A stretch of DNA of 64,000 nucleotides from Macrostomum lignano (lineage: Eukaryota), in contig NIVC01003121.1 of NCBI GenBank assembly GCA_002269645.1, forward strand, positions 5,243 through 69,242, written 5' to 3'. Positions within the stretch are counted from its first letter, which is position 1, and every line of letters starts with the position of its first letter. Made by a program: the position numbers and the translations under genes. Shown in pieces: positions 48,094-61,400 of this stretch. The notes under the pieces were generated by a model. It was not told the DNA's origin and made no database searches. It saw only the letters and a program-made list of their open reading frames with translations.

Positions 48094-50943
48094 TTAGTCT
48101 GAGTCACTGGAACCGGAACCGCCATCTGATTTTGAATTTGGCTTTGATGCCGACTTCCGAGAGCCTGATTTGAAGCTACGACCAGATGACTTCCTAGATC
48201 CGTCATCTCGAGACTTGGCAGACTGTCTTTTAATTTTAACTTGATGCTGACCATGAGCGTCCTTCTGTTTCACATCGGCCTGTACTTGATTTCGCTTCTG
48301 TGAATCATCCCCAGCATTGAATTGAAGTTGGATGCCACCTGAGGCATGCGATTTCTCATCCGATTGCTGATTTGCTGGTACCACCACTGGCTGTTCAACT
48401 TGCACAGCACCTGGCTGTACAGAAACAAGAACACCTGCTGGTTGCCCAGCGGGTACTACATGTGGTTCCTGACTTTGCGGTGCTTCAACTGGTTTTTCCT
48501 CAAGATGTGGATCTTTTTCAGCTGGTGATGGTTCTTCAGCTGGTGGTTCTTTTTCAGCTGGTGATGGTTCTTCAGCTGGTGGTTCTTCGGCTGGTGGTTC
48601 TTCAGCTGGTGGTTCTTCGGCTGGTGGTTCTTCGGCTGGTGGTTCTTCGGCTGGTGGTTCTTCAGCTGGTGGTTCTTCGGCTGGTGGTTCTTCAGGTGGT
48701 GATGGTTCTTCAGCTGGTGGTTCTTCGTCTGGTGGTTCTTCAGGTTGTGATGGTTCTTCAGCTGGTTCTTCAGCTGGTGGTTCTTCAGCTGGTGATGGTT
48801 CTTCAGCTGGTGGTTCTTCGGCTGGTGGTTCTTCAGCTGGTGATGGTTCTTCAGCTGGTGGTTCTTCGGCTGGTGTCTCTTTAGCTGGTGGTTCTTCAGT
48901 GGCTGGCTCTTCGGCTGGTGGTTCTTCAGCTGGTGATGGTTCTTCAGATGGTGGTTCTTCAGCTGGTGGCTCTTCAGTGGGTGGCTCTTCAGCAGCAGGT
49001 TCCTCAATGGGTGGTTCTTCTTCAGCTGATGGTTCCTCCACTGAAGCTTCACCTATAGTCGCGGCATCAGCTCCTTCAGCTCCACCAGACCTAGAGATTG
49101 TAACTGCAGCTGCTCCAGTCCCCTTCCATCCATTCCCGCGACTTTTCTCTTTGTCTGGTTGGTCTGGATGCTCAGGGTGCTCAGGATGTTCCGGGTGTGC
49201 TGGATGCCTGCAAAAGAGCGTACTCGTACTTTAAACTACAAGAAAACCCATGGTCACTTTAAAAAAAATAAATTTCTATTTAATCTCACCCTTTCCGTCG
49301 CATCTCTTCTTTCGTAGTCTGAATCAGCTGATTGATGTCAGTTAAAAGAATCGCGGCAAACTCTGAAGAGAAATCAATTGAATGCACAAACTAGACCAGT
49401 CTATATTCTTACTCGAACTTTTATTTCGCGTACAAATGCAATGCAAGCAAGGTGTTCTTGCGCGCTAAAATTCACCTTCATAGTCGATACGGCCGTCTCC
49501 GTTTTTGTCCACAGCGCTGAGCAGTTCGTCGAACTCCTCCTCGGAAAGCTCCACGGACCCCATGCTGTAGATGGCGTCGCGCAGCTCCTCCCGGTCCAAG
49601 TAGCCGCTCTGGTCTTTGTCAAACACCTGGAAGCTGCTCACCAGCTGCTGGCGCACGTCCGCCTCCGGCTTGCAAAGACGCGACATCAGCGAGGCGAATT
49701 CTACAAAGTCCATGCTGCCGCTGGCGTCCGTGTCGCTCTCCGACAGCATCTGCTGGATTTCCTCCTGGCTTTCCGGTGCCTGGTGGAAGTCATGGATTGT
49801 TGACGTTAGTTGGTCGGGTTTTCGGGGACAACTTCAGACAGAAGAGAGAGAATTACTAATATCCGTAACCTGAGCACACACGCACACGCTAGGCTAAGAA
49901 GATTAGGTAAGCTCCAACTGCACTCTCACCTGGCCTGAAACCTGCAGACAGCTGTAAAGCTCTCCGGCATCGATGCTGTTGGATCCATCCGCGTCGAATA
50001 GCTTGAATGTGCGATAGTACTTCTTCGCTTCCTCCGCCGACACGCCCGCTGCTGAAAGAGCCTCGTGGTAGTGCTCCGGCACCTCAAATCTGTCCGTCCC
50101 TTCCTGGTGGCGGCCGGAGCCTGCTCTGCTGCCGCTTGCCTTGCTGCCGTCCCTGCCACCTTCTCTGTAACCCTTTTTTCGATTGGCGCTTCCCTTCCGA
50201 CTGTCTCCGTCACCGAATTTTTCTCTTGCGCTGCCTTTCCTGCTGCCTCCTCTGCCTTGTCCGTCACCGTTTTGCTCTCTTGCGCTGACTTTCCTGCTGC
50301 CTCCTCTGCCTTGTCCGTCACCGTTTTGCTCTCTTGCGCTGACTTTCCTGATGCCTTTCTTCCCGTCACCTTTCTCACCTGCTTCTTCAGCTGCTACTTC
50401 GGCTGCTTCACCTGCTTCTTCGGCTGCTTCTTCAGCTGCCTCACCTGCTTCTTCGGCTGCTTCCTCGATTGCTTCTTCGGCTGCTTCACCTGCTTCTTCA
50501 GCTGCTTCTTCGGCTGCTTCACCTGCTTCTTCAGCTGCTTCTTCGGCTGCTTCTTCGGCTGCTTCTTCGGCTGCTTCACCTGCTTCTTCAGCTGCTTCTT
50601 CGGCTGCTTCACCTGCTTCTTCAGCTGCTTCTTCGGCTGCTTCTTCGGCTGCTTCACCTGCTTCTTCAGCTGCTTCTTCGGCTGCTTCACCTGCTTCTTC
50701 AGCTGCTTCTTCGGCTGCTTCACCTGCTTCTTCACCTGCTTCTTCAGCTGCTTCTTCGGCTGCTTCTTCGGCTGCTTCACCTGCTTCTTCAGCTGCTTCT
50801 TCGGCTGCTTCACCTGCTTCTTCGGCTGCTTCACCTGCTTCTTCAGCTGCTTCTTCGGCTGCTTCTTCGGCTGCTTCTTCGACTGCTTTTTCAACTGCTT
50901 CGTAAGCTGTTTCTTGAGCAGCTTCCACAGCTTCTCCGTCCAT
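48094..50943 (-). CDS. Calmodulin-like 4-EF-hand protein with (EAAEE)n N-terminus and (HPE)n/(EEPPA)n C-terminus, ~834 aa
   Basis: Exons 50943-49930, 49779-49476, 49362-49290 and 49207-48094 total 2505 nt (in frame), with GT-AG sites and four canonical EF-hand loops. Confidence 0.85.
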
Positions 50944-51555
50944 TTTGCCCAGTTATATGTTGACCTTGATTCGCAAGTGACTTATTCAAAAGCCTCGCCG
51001 CTAGCTTTCAGTTAAATCTACTCGAAACAGTATCTCGTTTCGGTGAAGTTTTTTGCGCAAAGTTGAGCTTCCTAAGGCAAAAATACTCTAAGACTAAGAG
51101 TAAGAGATAGAAAGGTGTAGAAAAAGATCGGAGAGAGACCCGTTGCTAAGTAGACATTTTCATTTTCTATAGAGTGCCTTAACAGTCTGCCCGCCGAATA
51201 GCAGTGCAGCAGCTCTTGTGCAATGCGTTCGCCCTCAGCTGCCGCCAGTGTGCCACTTGCAGAGCAAGAGCGAAGTGAGAAATTGCTAGCAGTAGCTTAG
51301 CACTTTGGCCAGTAGGGAGCCCCGTCAACTGTGCCACAGTTCTGACACTAGGGGGAAAGACAGACAATCAGAGCCTGCACTACCTTCGCGCTGAGCTGTC
51401 GGCGCGCAGCTTGGCAGTTTTTAGTGCAATTATCATTTTCTAGAGCTTTTAACAATGCGGCGTTCTTATTTAGCATCACAATGTACGGTGTAAGCAACTT
51501 CATACGAGCGTAAGTTGTTGAGCATGAGTCCAAGTTACTCGTGATTATTCCAAAT

Positions 51556-52269
51556 TCACTGCTGATTGCCTCGACGATTCCTACTACGCAACGCTGCTGG
51601 CAGCGCTGGAAGGCCGACAGTTTCCATCGGCAGGTCCGCGATAACCGCGAAGGGGGCGGTGGTCACTTCGCCGAGGCCGCAGCTGTAGCGCGAGTAGAGC
51701 TGCTGACGGATTCTCGGTCCGGTGCGGCTGAACAGCTCCCAGCCGGTGAGCTGCTGCTGTTGCTGGGGCTTCGCAATCCGGACAGATGAGTCATCTCTCT
51801 GTTGCGCCGCCTGCACCACGCGGCCCAGGTTCTGCCGCAGCAGATGCCAGCGCCGGCGGGCTCGAAGCTGCTGATACCTGAGCTGCTGCTACTGCTGCGC
51901 TCCGGGACTCTTCTTAACGCTGAAGGTCTCCGTGCCATCCGGACCCGTCGATGCCGTCGCCGCCGTCGCCGCTGCCTCCGGCGCCTCTGCAGTCTCCTGC
52001 CGCTTGGCCCGCAGGCGAGTTTCAATCAGAGCGCGTCGAAAATTCCGGCTAAAGTTCTGCCAGAGGACGCTGCCGCCGGTGCCGACGCCGCTGCCCGCCG
52101 CTCCGAAATCCTCCGACGGTTTACTAATCCCATCGTCTATGGCCGAGCTCTGCTGCTGTTCCGGCAGCTCTAGCAGCCGATGCAGTTGGTGGTGCTGCCG
52201 CCTCCAATGATGATTCGGCTTCGATCTGCCATGCCCAGCAGAGCTCAGCCGCAGATGCTGCTGTTGCAT
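51556..52269 (-). pseudogene. Mirror copy of the 237-aa hypothetical gene with a premature stop
   Basis: Collinear with 5049-5762, but a poly-Gln CAG is TAG at 51889-51891, splitting it into ORFs 51889..52413 and 51556..51819. Confidence 0.55.
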
Positions 52270-54398
52270 GCTGGCTATGGACACTGCGGCAAGCCGAGAA
52301 CGCGATGAAAGATTAATCTGGCTGGCGAGTTGAATAAGCGCTGGCGCGCAGGTACATGTACCGCTTATTACTGTACAAACTCTGACATTATCGCTGCAGA
52401 TGACGCTTCTCACAATCGCGAATGCATGTATTTATCGATGGAAGGAATAGCTAAGTTAAAATATATGTGCTAACCATAATATGTGTATACACAGAAATAT
52501 ATATTGTATCAATTGTACTGAATGTTGCTATAGAAACGCCAGCTCACGGTGCGTTTGTTGCATGGGCGCGCGTGTAGCAAATGAAAAACCTGACACAGGT
52601 GTGAGAGATTATTAATTACAGCGGACTGCAAACTTACGTGACCTGCGACCCGCTGCATGTGCAAGCATTGCAGGCATTAAATATTAACAGACAAAGGATT
52701 ACAGTTGGAAGGCTGGTTGGTGAGTTCCGCATGCGCAGACTAATTCGTACATAGCTGGACGCCATGTGTAGATGAGAAGATGATGAGAAGTCATGGATAA
52801 TGCGACTCAGGGCAGGCGGATGCAGGAATTAACGGCTTAGATCAGATCTCGGCCCGGATTTGAGAATTCTGCGGTGGGAAACCCCCAAAAACACAGTCAG
52901 ATATTCGGGATACGGAGACTCAGGATTGTGAGATTCGGAAATTCAGGATTGTAGGATTCGGAAACTCGGGATTGTGGGATTCGGAAACTCGGGATTGTAC
53001 TCGTAGGATTCGGAAACTCGGGATTGTAGGATTCGGAAACTCGGGATTGTAGGATTCGGAAACTCGGGATTGTAGGATTCGGAAACTCGGGATTGTGGGA
53101 TTCGGAAATTCAGGATTGTAGGATTCGGAAATTCAGGATTGTAGGATTCGGAAATTCAGGATTGTAGGATTCGGAAATTCAGGATTGTAGGATTCGGAAA
53201 TTCAGGATTGTAGGATTCGGAAATTCAGGATTGTGGGATTCGGAAATTCAGGATTGTAGGATTCGGAAATTTAGGATTGTAGGATTCGGAAATTCAGGAT
53301 TGTAGGATTCGGAAATTCAGGATTGTGGGATTCGGAAATTCAGGATTGTGGGATTCGGAAATTCAGGATTTTAGGATTCGGAAATTCAGGATTGTGGGAT
53401 TTGGAAATTCAGAATTTTACATGTCTGATTCAGAAATTCTGGATTGCAGGATTCCGAAATTCATGATTGCAGTACTGCAGATTGCAGGATTGTAGGATTT
53501 GGAAATTCCGGATTTAGGATTCGGAAATTAAGGATCGTATAATTCGGAAATTCGGAATTGAATTCCAAAATTCAGGATTGCATTTGAAAATTCGGGATTG
53601 GATTCAGAAATTCAGGATTGGATTCGGAAATTCAGGATTGTAGGATCAGAAATTCGGGATTGTATAATTCGAAAATTCGGGGTGGATTCCGAAATTCAGA
53701 ATTGTAGGATTCGGAAATTAAGTATTATAGGATTCGGAAATTCGGGATTGTATAATTCGGAAATTTGGGATTGGATTCAGAAATGCAGGATAGGATTCAA
53801 GAATTCAGGATTGTGGGATTCCGAATTTCGGGAGCTACATGTGCTTCAGCCGGGATCTGTTTAAAGGGCCGGAAATAATAAAAACGCCAGCCCAAACGAA
53901 ACAAAATTCGAAACGGTACTTTCAATCCACAGAAGCGGCAGTTCGATCAGACTGGATAGCAAAAAGTGTATTGTGCTAGTATTATATAATATTTCTTACA
54001 CATTGTTATTAAAGCATTCGATGAACAGCTCCAAGCGGTCAAAGTGTCTAATTAATATTAGCAAAACAACCAATTTTAATGATTTGGAAGTTGTTTAAAA
54101 TGTTTATAGAGCCGAATATTGCAAACAGCGGAATACGGTAAATGCTCGGCAGGAACTTGCGCGGCTTTTCTAAGAAACAAAAAACGGAATTAATGCGCAG
54201 CGAGCCTTTTTTGGTAGGGAATAAGCTCAAGTTTCCACAACACTGCATCACGGACAACTCTAAAGTACAGGGACGCTGCACTCGCAAGTCTAGCATTAGT
54301 TTCAAAAAATACATTTAACTTCAGATATGATCTCTAATCACCATTTTTTAAACTTTATTATTTACTGAACTTCAATTGCGAGTTCGGAGGCTGAGTCC

Positions 54399-54431
<33 letters not shown>

Positions 54432-55416
54432 CCATCATGATCACCATCATCATCATCATCATCACCATGATCACCATCATCATGATCATCATCACCATCA
54501 TCATCATGATCATCATCACCATCATCATCATGATCACCATCATCATGATCATCATCACCATCATCATCATGATCACCATCATCATGATCATCATCACCAT
54601 CATCATCATGATCACCATCATCATGATCATCATCACCATCATCATCATGATCACCATCATCATCATGATCATCATTATCATTATCACCATCATCATCATG
54701 ATCATCATCACCATCATCATCATGATCACCATCATCATGATCATCATCACCATCATCATCATGATCACCATCATCATGATCATCATCACCATCATCATCA
54801 TGATCATCATCACCATGATCACCATGATCATGATCATCATCACCATCATCATCATGATCATCATCACCATCATCATCATGATCACCATCATCATGATCAT
54901 CATCACCATCATCATCATGATCACCATCATCATCATGATCATCATTATCATCATCACCATCATCACCATGATCACCATCATCATGATCATCATCACCATC
55001 ATCATCATGATCATCATCACCATCATCATCATGATCACCATCATCATGATCATCATCACCATCATCATCATGATCATCACCATCATCATCATGATCATCA
55101 CCATCATCATCATGATCATCACCATCATCATCATGATCATCACCATCATCATCATGATCATCACCATCATCATCATACTGTCGAATGTTGCAGGATTTGT
55201 GAGTGCAGCGTCTTTCTCATCATCATACTGTCGAATGTTGCAGGATTTGTGAGTGCAGCGTCTTTCTACTTTGATTGTCCATCAACTGCAAAAAATGACA
55301 GACTTTGCACGCTACTAACAGTAGAGTCAACAGGATATCTAGTGGGAAGTTTAGGGAGTTTTTAAATAATCTCCTCTGATTAATGAGGCAATGGGGTGAT
55401 CAGGCGACACGGCGCC

Positions 55417-58400
55417 TCACGGCTCCACCTCTGCGTACATGGCGTCGAAGGCGTCGGCGAACCGCTTGCGCAACTGCGGCCGCTTCAGCTTCATCGTGGG
55501 CGTCATCAGGTCGTTCTCGGCGCTGAAAGGCTCGGGGTGCAGCAGGATGGCCTTCACCTGGCGAGGGTTGTTGAGGTGGAGGCGATGTTGAGTTTATATT
55601 TTAAAAAGCTTAGGCATGAATTGAAGTTAAGACACTCAGAATCACTCAAGATATCTCAACGGAAACCTAAAATGGTCTCAAAGTTAACTGAGACTTGATG
55701 CCTTTGGGTCTCACTCACGCTTCTTATTTTACAGCGTTTATAATTGCTTCATTTCGTTCTTCTTTAATTCACAGCTCCACCGATTGACCGCCTGGTTTGT
55801 GTGTTTCTTTATTGCCGTTATTTTTTTCTTTTTCTGTGTTACCTTATATACTATTTTGTGTATTATACATTTTAGTACGCTTTCCATTTGTGTATATATC
55901 CTGTTTGTAAGGCTTTATTAGGCTTTATTTTGTATCGCTGTTACATTACAAGTTATTTAAATTAGAGCTTTTGGTATCCAATATGGCCATGCAGTTTATT
56001 TGTTTAAGTGCACTCCCTGTTCCCTGTGACTCCTCAGCCAGTGTTCAGAGTTTGCACAAGTTTGCGCAACTTATCCTGTGCAGTGTACGAAATTTGAGTA
56101 CGTATCCGTTTCTTCTTCTCGTTCCAATGTCAGATGGGGTCGAAACACAGGAAACAAATTCTTCAAAACGTCAAATATCAGTTCTTTTTTCCATACCTCC
56201 TGCAAAAAATGGTTACCTTTCTCGTGTTTTTATACTTTTTTAGACTACGATTCAAATCCGTCACCTGTAAGTCTGTGTTCTTGCGGCTAAGATTTCTGCA
56301 GGCTTAAAAAAGTTGTCTATGATAGCAAGCCGGCAAAGCTGTGGGCCATGGTACCGGGTTCGATAGGGTTAAACTTATCAGATCACCGAAAGCCAGCCAC
56401 CCTGTGAACACTGAAGGTTATCGGAGAAAACCTAAGGTCACCTCAGATCACCATTCAAGGTCACCTCAGATCACCATTCAAGGTCACCTCAGATCACCAT
56501 TCAAGGTCACCTCAGATCACCATTCAAGGTCACCTAAGATCACCATTCAAGGTCACCTCAGATCACCATTCAAGGTCACCTAAGATCACCATTCAAGGTC
56601 ACCTCAGATCACCATTCAAGGTCACCTCAGATCACCATTCAAGGTCACCTAAGATCACCATTCAAGGTCACCTAAGATCACCATTCAAGGTCACCTCAGA
56701 TCACCATTCAAGGTCACCTCAGATCACCATTCAAGGTCACCTCAGATCACCATTCAAGGTCACCTCAGATCATCATTCAAGATCAACTCAGATCACCATT
56801 CAAGGTTACCTCAGATCACCATTCAAGGTCACCTAAGATCATCACTTTAGACCACATGATATCACCCGTCAGTCCAAGCTACTGGAAGCGGCAGCCCAGT
56901 CAGCCAGCAAATCCAGCAACCAACCTGCTCGAAGCTCTGCAGCCCCTTCTGCTTGCCCAGCTGCTGCAGCTCGCCCAGCAGGTGCGCCTTGAATCCGGCG
57001 CTGCCGCAGGCCGCGGCCAGCAGCTCTGGAGGCGAATCGCCAGCCGCAGCCGCCGTGTCCGCGGATTCTTGGCCAGCCAGGCCTTGGCGGCGTCCAACGT
57101 TGGCACCACGACGCCGAGCAGGCAGGAGCGCTCGCTGCGGCCATCAACAAAGACCTGATCGATGGCCGGGTTCAGGCAGTACACCAGCTCGATCTTCTCC
57201 GGCGCGATGTACTCGCCCTGGGCCAGCTTGAACAGGTGCTTGACCCGGTCAACGATGCGGTAGGAGCCGCCGGGAGCAGCTGGGCGATGTCGCCGGTGTG
57301 CACCCAGCCGTCGGAGTCAAGAGTCTCGGCCGAGCGCTCCGGCTGCTTGAAGTAGCCAGCGAAGCAGGTCGGGCCGCGGATGCACAACTCGCCGCGACCG
57401 TCAGCCTCCGCATTCGGACAGTCGGCGTCGGGGGCGTCAGCGAGGCGGACTTCAATGCCCAGCATCGGCCGGCCGGTGTGGTTGCTGGCCGGGTCGCCGG
57501 GCCGCTGGCACAGGCCGAGGCCGCAGGTTTCCGTCTGGCCGAAACCCTGCGGGGGTCGGGGAGGTGAGGGACGCTCGGATGGATCGATAGCAGAGAGGTT
57601 GCAGGAAGAGTGGGAGCGAGGGGTGAGAGACGGGAGTTAAAAGGAGTAAAGGGAGATCAAAATGGGAGCGACAGGAAGGATGGAGAGGGAGCGGGAGAAG
57701 TAGAGGAAGGATGGAGAGGGAGCGGGAGAAGTAGAGGAGGATGGAGAGGAGCGGGAGAAGTAGAGGAGGATGGAGAGGGAGCGGGAGAAGTAGAGGGAGG
57801 ATGGAGAGGGAGCGGGAGAAGTAGAGGGAGGATGGAGAGGGAGCGGGAGAAGTAGAGGGAGGATGGAGAGGGAGCGGGAGAAGTAGAGGGAGGATGGAGA
57901 GGGAGCGGGAGAAGTAGAGGGAGGATGGAGAGGGAGCGGGAGAAGTAGAGGGAGGATGGAGAGGGAGCGGGAGAAGTAGAGGGAGGATATAGGTAGGGAA
58001 AAGTAGGCGAGGGAGAGGAAGAAGTAGAGTTACGGAAGACTGTAGAGAAGTGCACCAGTAGTTTAAAAACGTCAGCCCCAAAGCACTGTCCCCCTATTAA
58101 GTCGCCGAATTCTTCAACACAAGAAGTGCAGCGCTGGTCCTCCAAAAGTTCGCCCAGCTCTCTCACCTGCACCACCGGGCAGCCCAGCGCGGCCTTCACA
58201 AAGTTCAGCGTGTCCGCAGAAATCGGCGCCCCGCCAACGGCTACAAAGCGGACGCGGCCGCCCAGGCCTTCCTGGACGCGGCGGAACACCAGCCGATCCC
58301 ACAGCGTGTCCTTGTCAACCCGGAGCTGCGACAGCCGGCGGCTCTTGCGGGACAGCGCCGTGTCAAGGATGGCCGACTTCAGCCGGCTGCCCGACACCGC

Positions 58401-61400
58401 TGTCAGGGCGCGCTCGCGAATGCGGCTCAGGACCTGCGGGCGGCGGCCAGTGACAGCTGATTGGATGATGATTGGAAACTTTACTCCTGTCTCTCTACAC
58501 TGCTGAATCAACCATCTCCCTTCCTGATCTGCCCCTATCCCACCCTGACCCTATCCCTCCCTGATCCGCCCTATCCCTCCCTGATCCGCCCCTATCCCCT
58601 GATCCGCCCCTCTGCCCCCTGATCCGCCCCTCCCTCCCTGATCGCCCCTCTGTCCCTCCCTGATCCGCCCCTCTTTCCCTCCCTGATCCGCCCCTCTGTC
58701 CCTCCCTGATCCGCCCTCTTTCCCTCCTGATCCGCCCTCTGTCCCTCCCTGATCCGCCCCTCTGTCCCTCCCTGATCCGCCCCTCTGTCCCTCCCTGATC
58801 CGCCCTCTGTCCCTCCCTGATCCGCCCCTCTGTCCCTCCCTGATCCGCCCCTCTGTTCCTCCCTGATCCGCCCCTCTTTCCCTCCCTGATCCGCCCCTCT
58901 TTCCCTCCCTGATCCGCCCCTCTGTCCCTCCCTGATCCGCCCCTCTGTCCCTCCCTGATCCGCCCCTCTTTCCCTCCCTGATCCGCCCCTCTGTCCCTCC
59001 CTGATCCGCCCCTCTGTCCCTCCCTGATCCGCCCCTCTGTCCCTCCCTGATCCGTTCCTCTGTCCCTCCCTGATCCGCCCCTCTCTCCCTCCCTGATCTG
59101 CCCCTCTCTCCCTCCCTGATCCGCCTCTCTCTCCTCCTTGATCCATCCGCCCGATCCCGCAGCCGCCCACCTTAGGCACGGCAGCCATGAAGGTGGGCTG
59201 ACACTCGCGCAGGTCGTCCATGAGGCCGGCCGATCGCCGCGAAAGAATCCCATGGACAGGCCGTGGGCGAAGGCGAACAGCTGGCACATTCGCTCCAGGA
59301 TGTGCGCCATCGGCAGGTAGCTGAAGTAGCGGTCCGAGCTGTTCAACTCCACCGGGTGCTGCGAATTGGGGAATAGGGGATGGAGATTCTGACACTGTGG
59401 ATAGGGATTCTGATGCTGGGGATGGGATTCTGATGCTGGGGATGGGGATTCTGATGCTGGTGGTGGGATTCTGATGCTGGGGATGGGGATTCTGATGCTG
59501 GTGGTGGGGATTCTGATGCTGGGGATGGGGATTCTGATGCTGGTGGGGGATTCTGATGCTGGGGATGGGGATTCTGATGCTGGTGGTGGGGATTCTGATG
59601 CTGGGGATGGGGATTCTGATGCTGGTGATGGGGATTCTGATGCTGGTGATGGGGATTCTGATGCTGGTGGTGGGGATTCTGATGCTGGGGATGGGGATTC
59701 TGATGCTGGGGATGGGGATTCTGATGCTGGTGGTGGGGATTCTGATGCTGGGGGTGGGGATTCTGATGTTGGTGGTGGGGATTCTGATGTTGGGGGTGGG
59801 GATTCTGATCTGGTGGTGGGGATTCTGATGCTGGTGATGGGGATTCTGATGCTGGTGGTGGGGATTCTGATGCTGGGGATGGGGATTCTGATGCTGGGGA
59901 TGGGGATTCTGATGCTGGGGATGGGGATTCTGATGTTGGGGTGGGGATTCTGATGTTGGTGGTGGGGATTCTGATTGGGGGTGGGGATTCTGATGCTGGT
60001 GGTGGGGATTCTGATGTTGGGGGTGGGGATTCTGATGCTGGTGGTGGGGATTCTGATGCTGGGGATGGGGATTCTGATGCTGGTGGTGGGGATTCTGATG
60101 TTGGGGTGGGGATTCTGATGCTGGGAATGGGGATTCCGATGATGGGGATTGTGATGTTGGGGATGGGAATTTTGATGTTGGGATGGGGTCAAATTTTATC
60201 GTGTTTTCACCTTAAAAGTGTCCTCTTTAATAGTATCCGTGACCAGGTGCACGCCCTTGACAAGGTTGTCATTTGTCAGCATGACGCCTTTGGGTTGGCC
60301 TTGATTGAAAACGAAAAAAATAACGTTAAAAATAAATTAGCAAATCATTGGATTAAAGCATTTGACTATACGAATTCCGACTTAAGCCCCTCGTTCCCAA
60401 CAGACCAGTGGTGCCGCTGGTGTAGCAGATCACAGCCAAGTCGCTGGGCTGCGGCCTCCTGTTGGCGTCAGCGTCCTCCTGCTGCTGCCCATCACCGCTG
60501 TTCTCCTTCTGCTCCCGCCGCTGCTGAAGCAACTCCCGGCCCTTGGCAATCGCATCAACGTAGCTGATAACCGCCGCACCGGCCGGCTGCTCCGCCTCCG
60601 ACGGCTCGGCCACAATCAGCCGGATGGCCTGTTCGGCCGACCCCAGCTCGGACACTGTGGCGGCCTGCTTGTCCGAGCGGCAGAACGCCACGCTGAGCTG
60701 CGTCTCCTACGGCAGGCAGGGGCAGAAGGAACTGGTTTAGTTGCTGGGGGGAACCGGCCTGGGATAGACTGAGGGGGGCTAAAGGATCAGGGCTGAGGTG
60801 GCCTGAAAAATCAGGGCTGAGGTGGCCTGAAAAATCAGGGCTGAGGTGGCCTGAAAAATCAGGGCTGAGGTGGCCTGAAAAATCAGGGCTGAGGTGGCCT
60901 GAAAAATCAGGGCTGAGGTGGCCTGAAAAATCAGGGCTGATGTGGCCTGAAAAATCAGGGCTGAGGTGGCCTGAAAAATCAGGGCTGATGTGGCCTGAAA
61001 AATCAGGGCTGAGGTGGCCTGAAAAATCAGGGCTGAGGTGGCCTGAAAATCAGGGCTGAGGTGGCCTGAAAATCAGGGCTGAGGTGGCCTGAAAAATCAG
61101 GGCTGAGGTGGCCTGAAAAATCAGGGCTGAGGTGGCCTGAAGGATCAGGGCTGAGGTGGCCTGAAAAATCAGGGCTGAGGTGGCCTGAAGGATCAGGGCT
61201 GAGGTGGCCTGAAGGATCAGGGCTGAGGTGGCCTGAAAAATCAGGGCTGAGGTGGCCTGAAAAATCAGGGCTGAGGTGGCCTAAAAATCAGGGCTGAGGT
61301 GGCCTGAAAAATCAGGGCTGAGGTGGCCTGAAGGATCAGGGCTGAGGTGGCCTGAAGGATCAGGGCTGAGGTGGCCTGAAAATCAGGGCTGAGGTGGCCT

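Larger units (their letters stand above)
28393..57108 (-). repeat. Right arm of giant inverted duplication
   Basis: Reverse complement of 1-28002. Mirrored ORF pairs include 24266..25963+/30433..32133-, 11645..12769+/44265..45401- and 3272..3538-/53598..53864+. Confidence 0.97.

Noticed and set aside
58495-60192. 565-aa ORF spanning ACSL
   Set aside because: Read-through of two intronic minisatellites; only the YFSYLPMAHILER exon part is real coding sequence.
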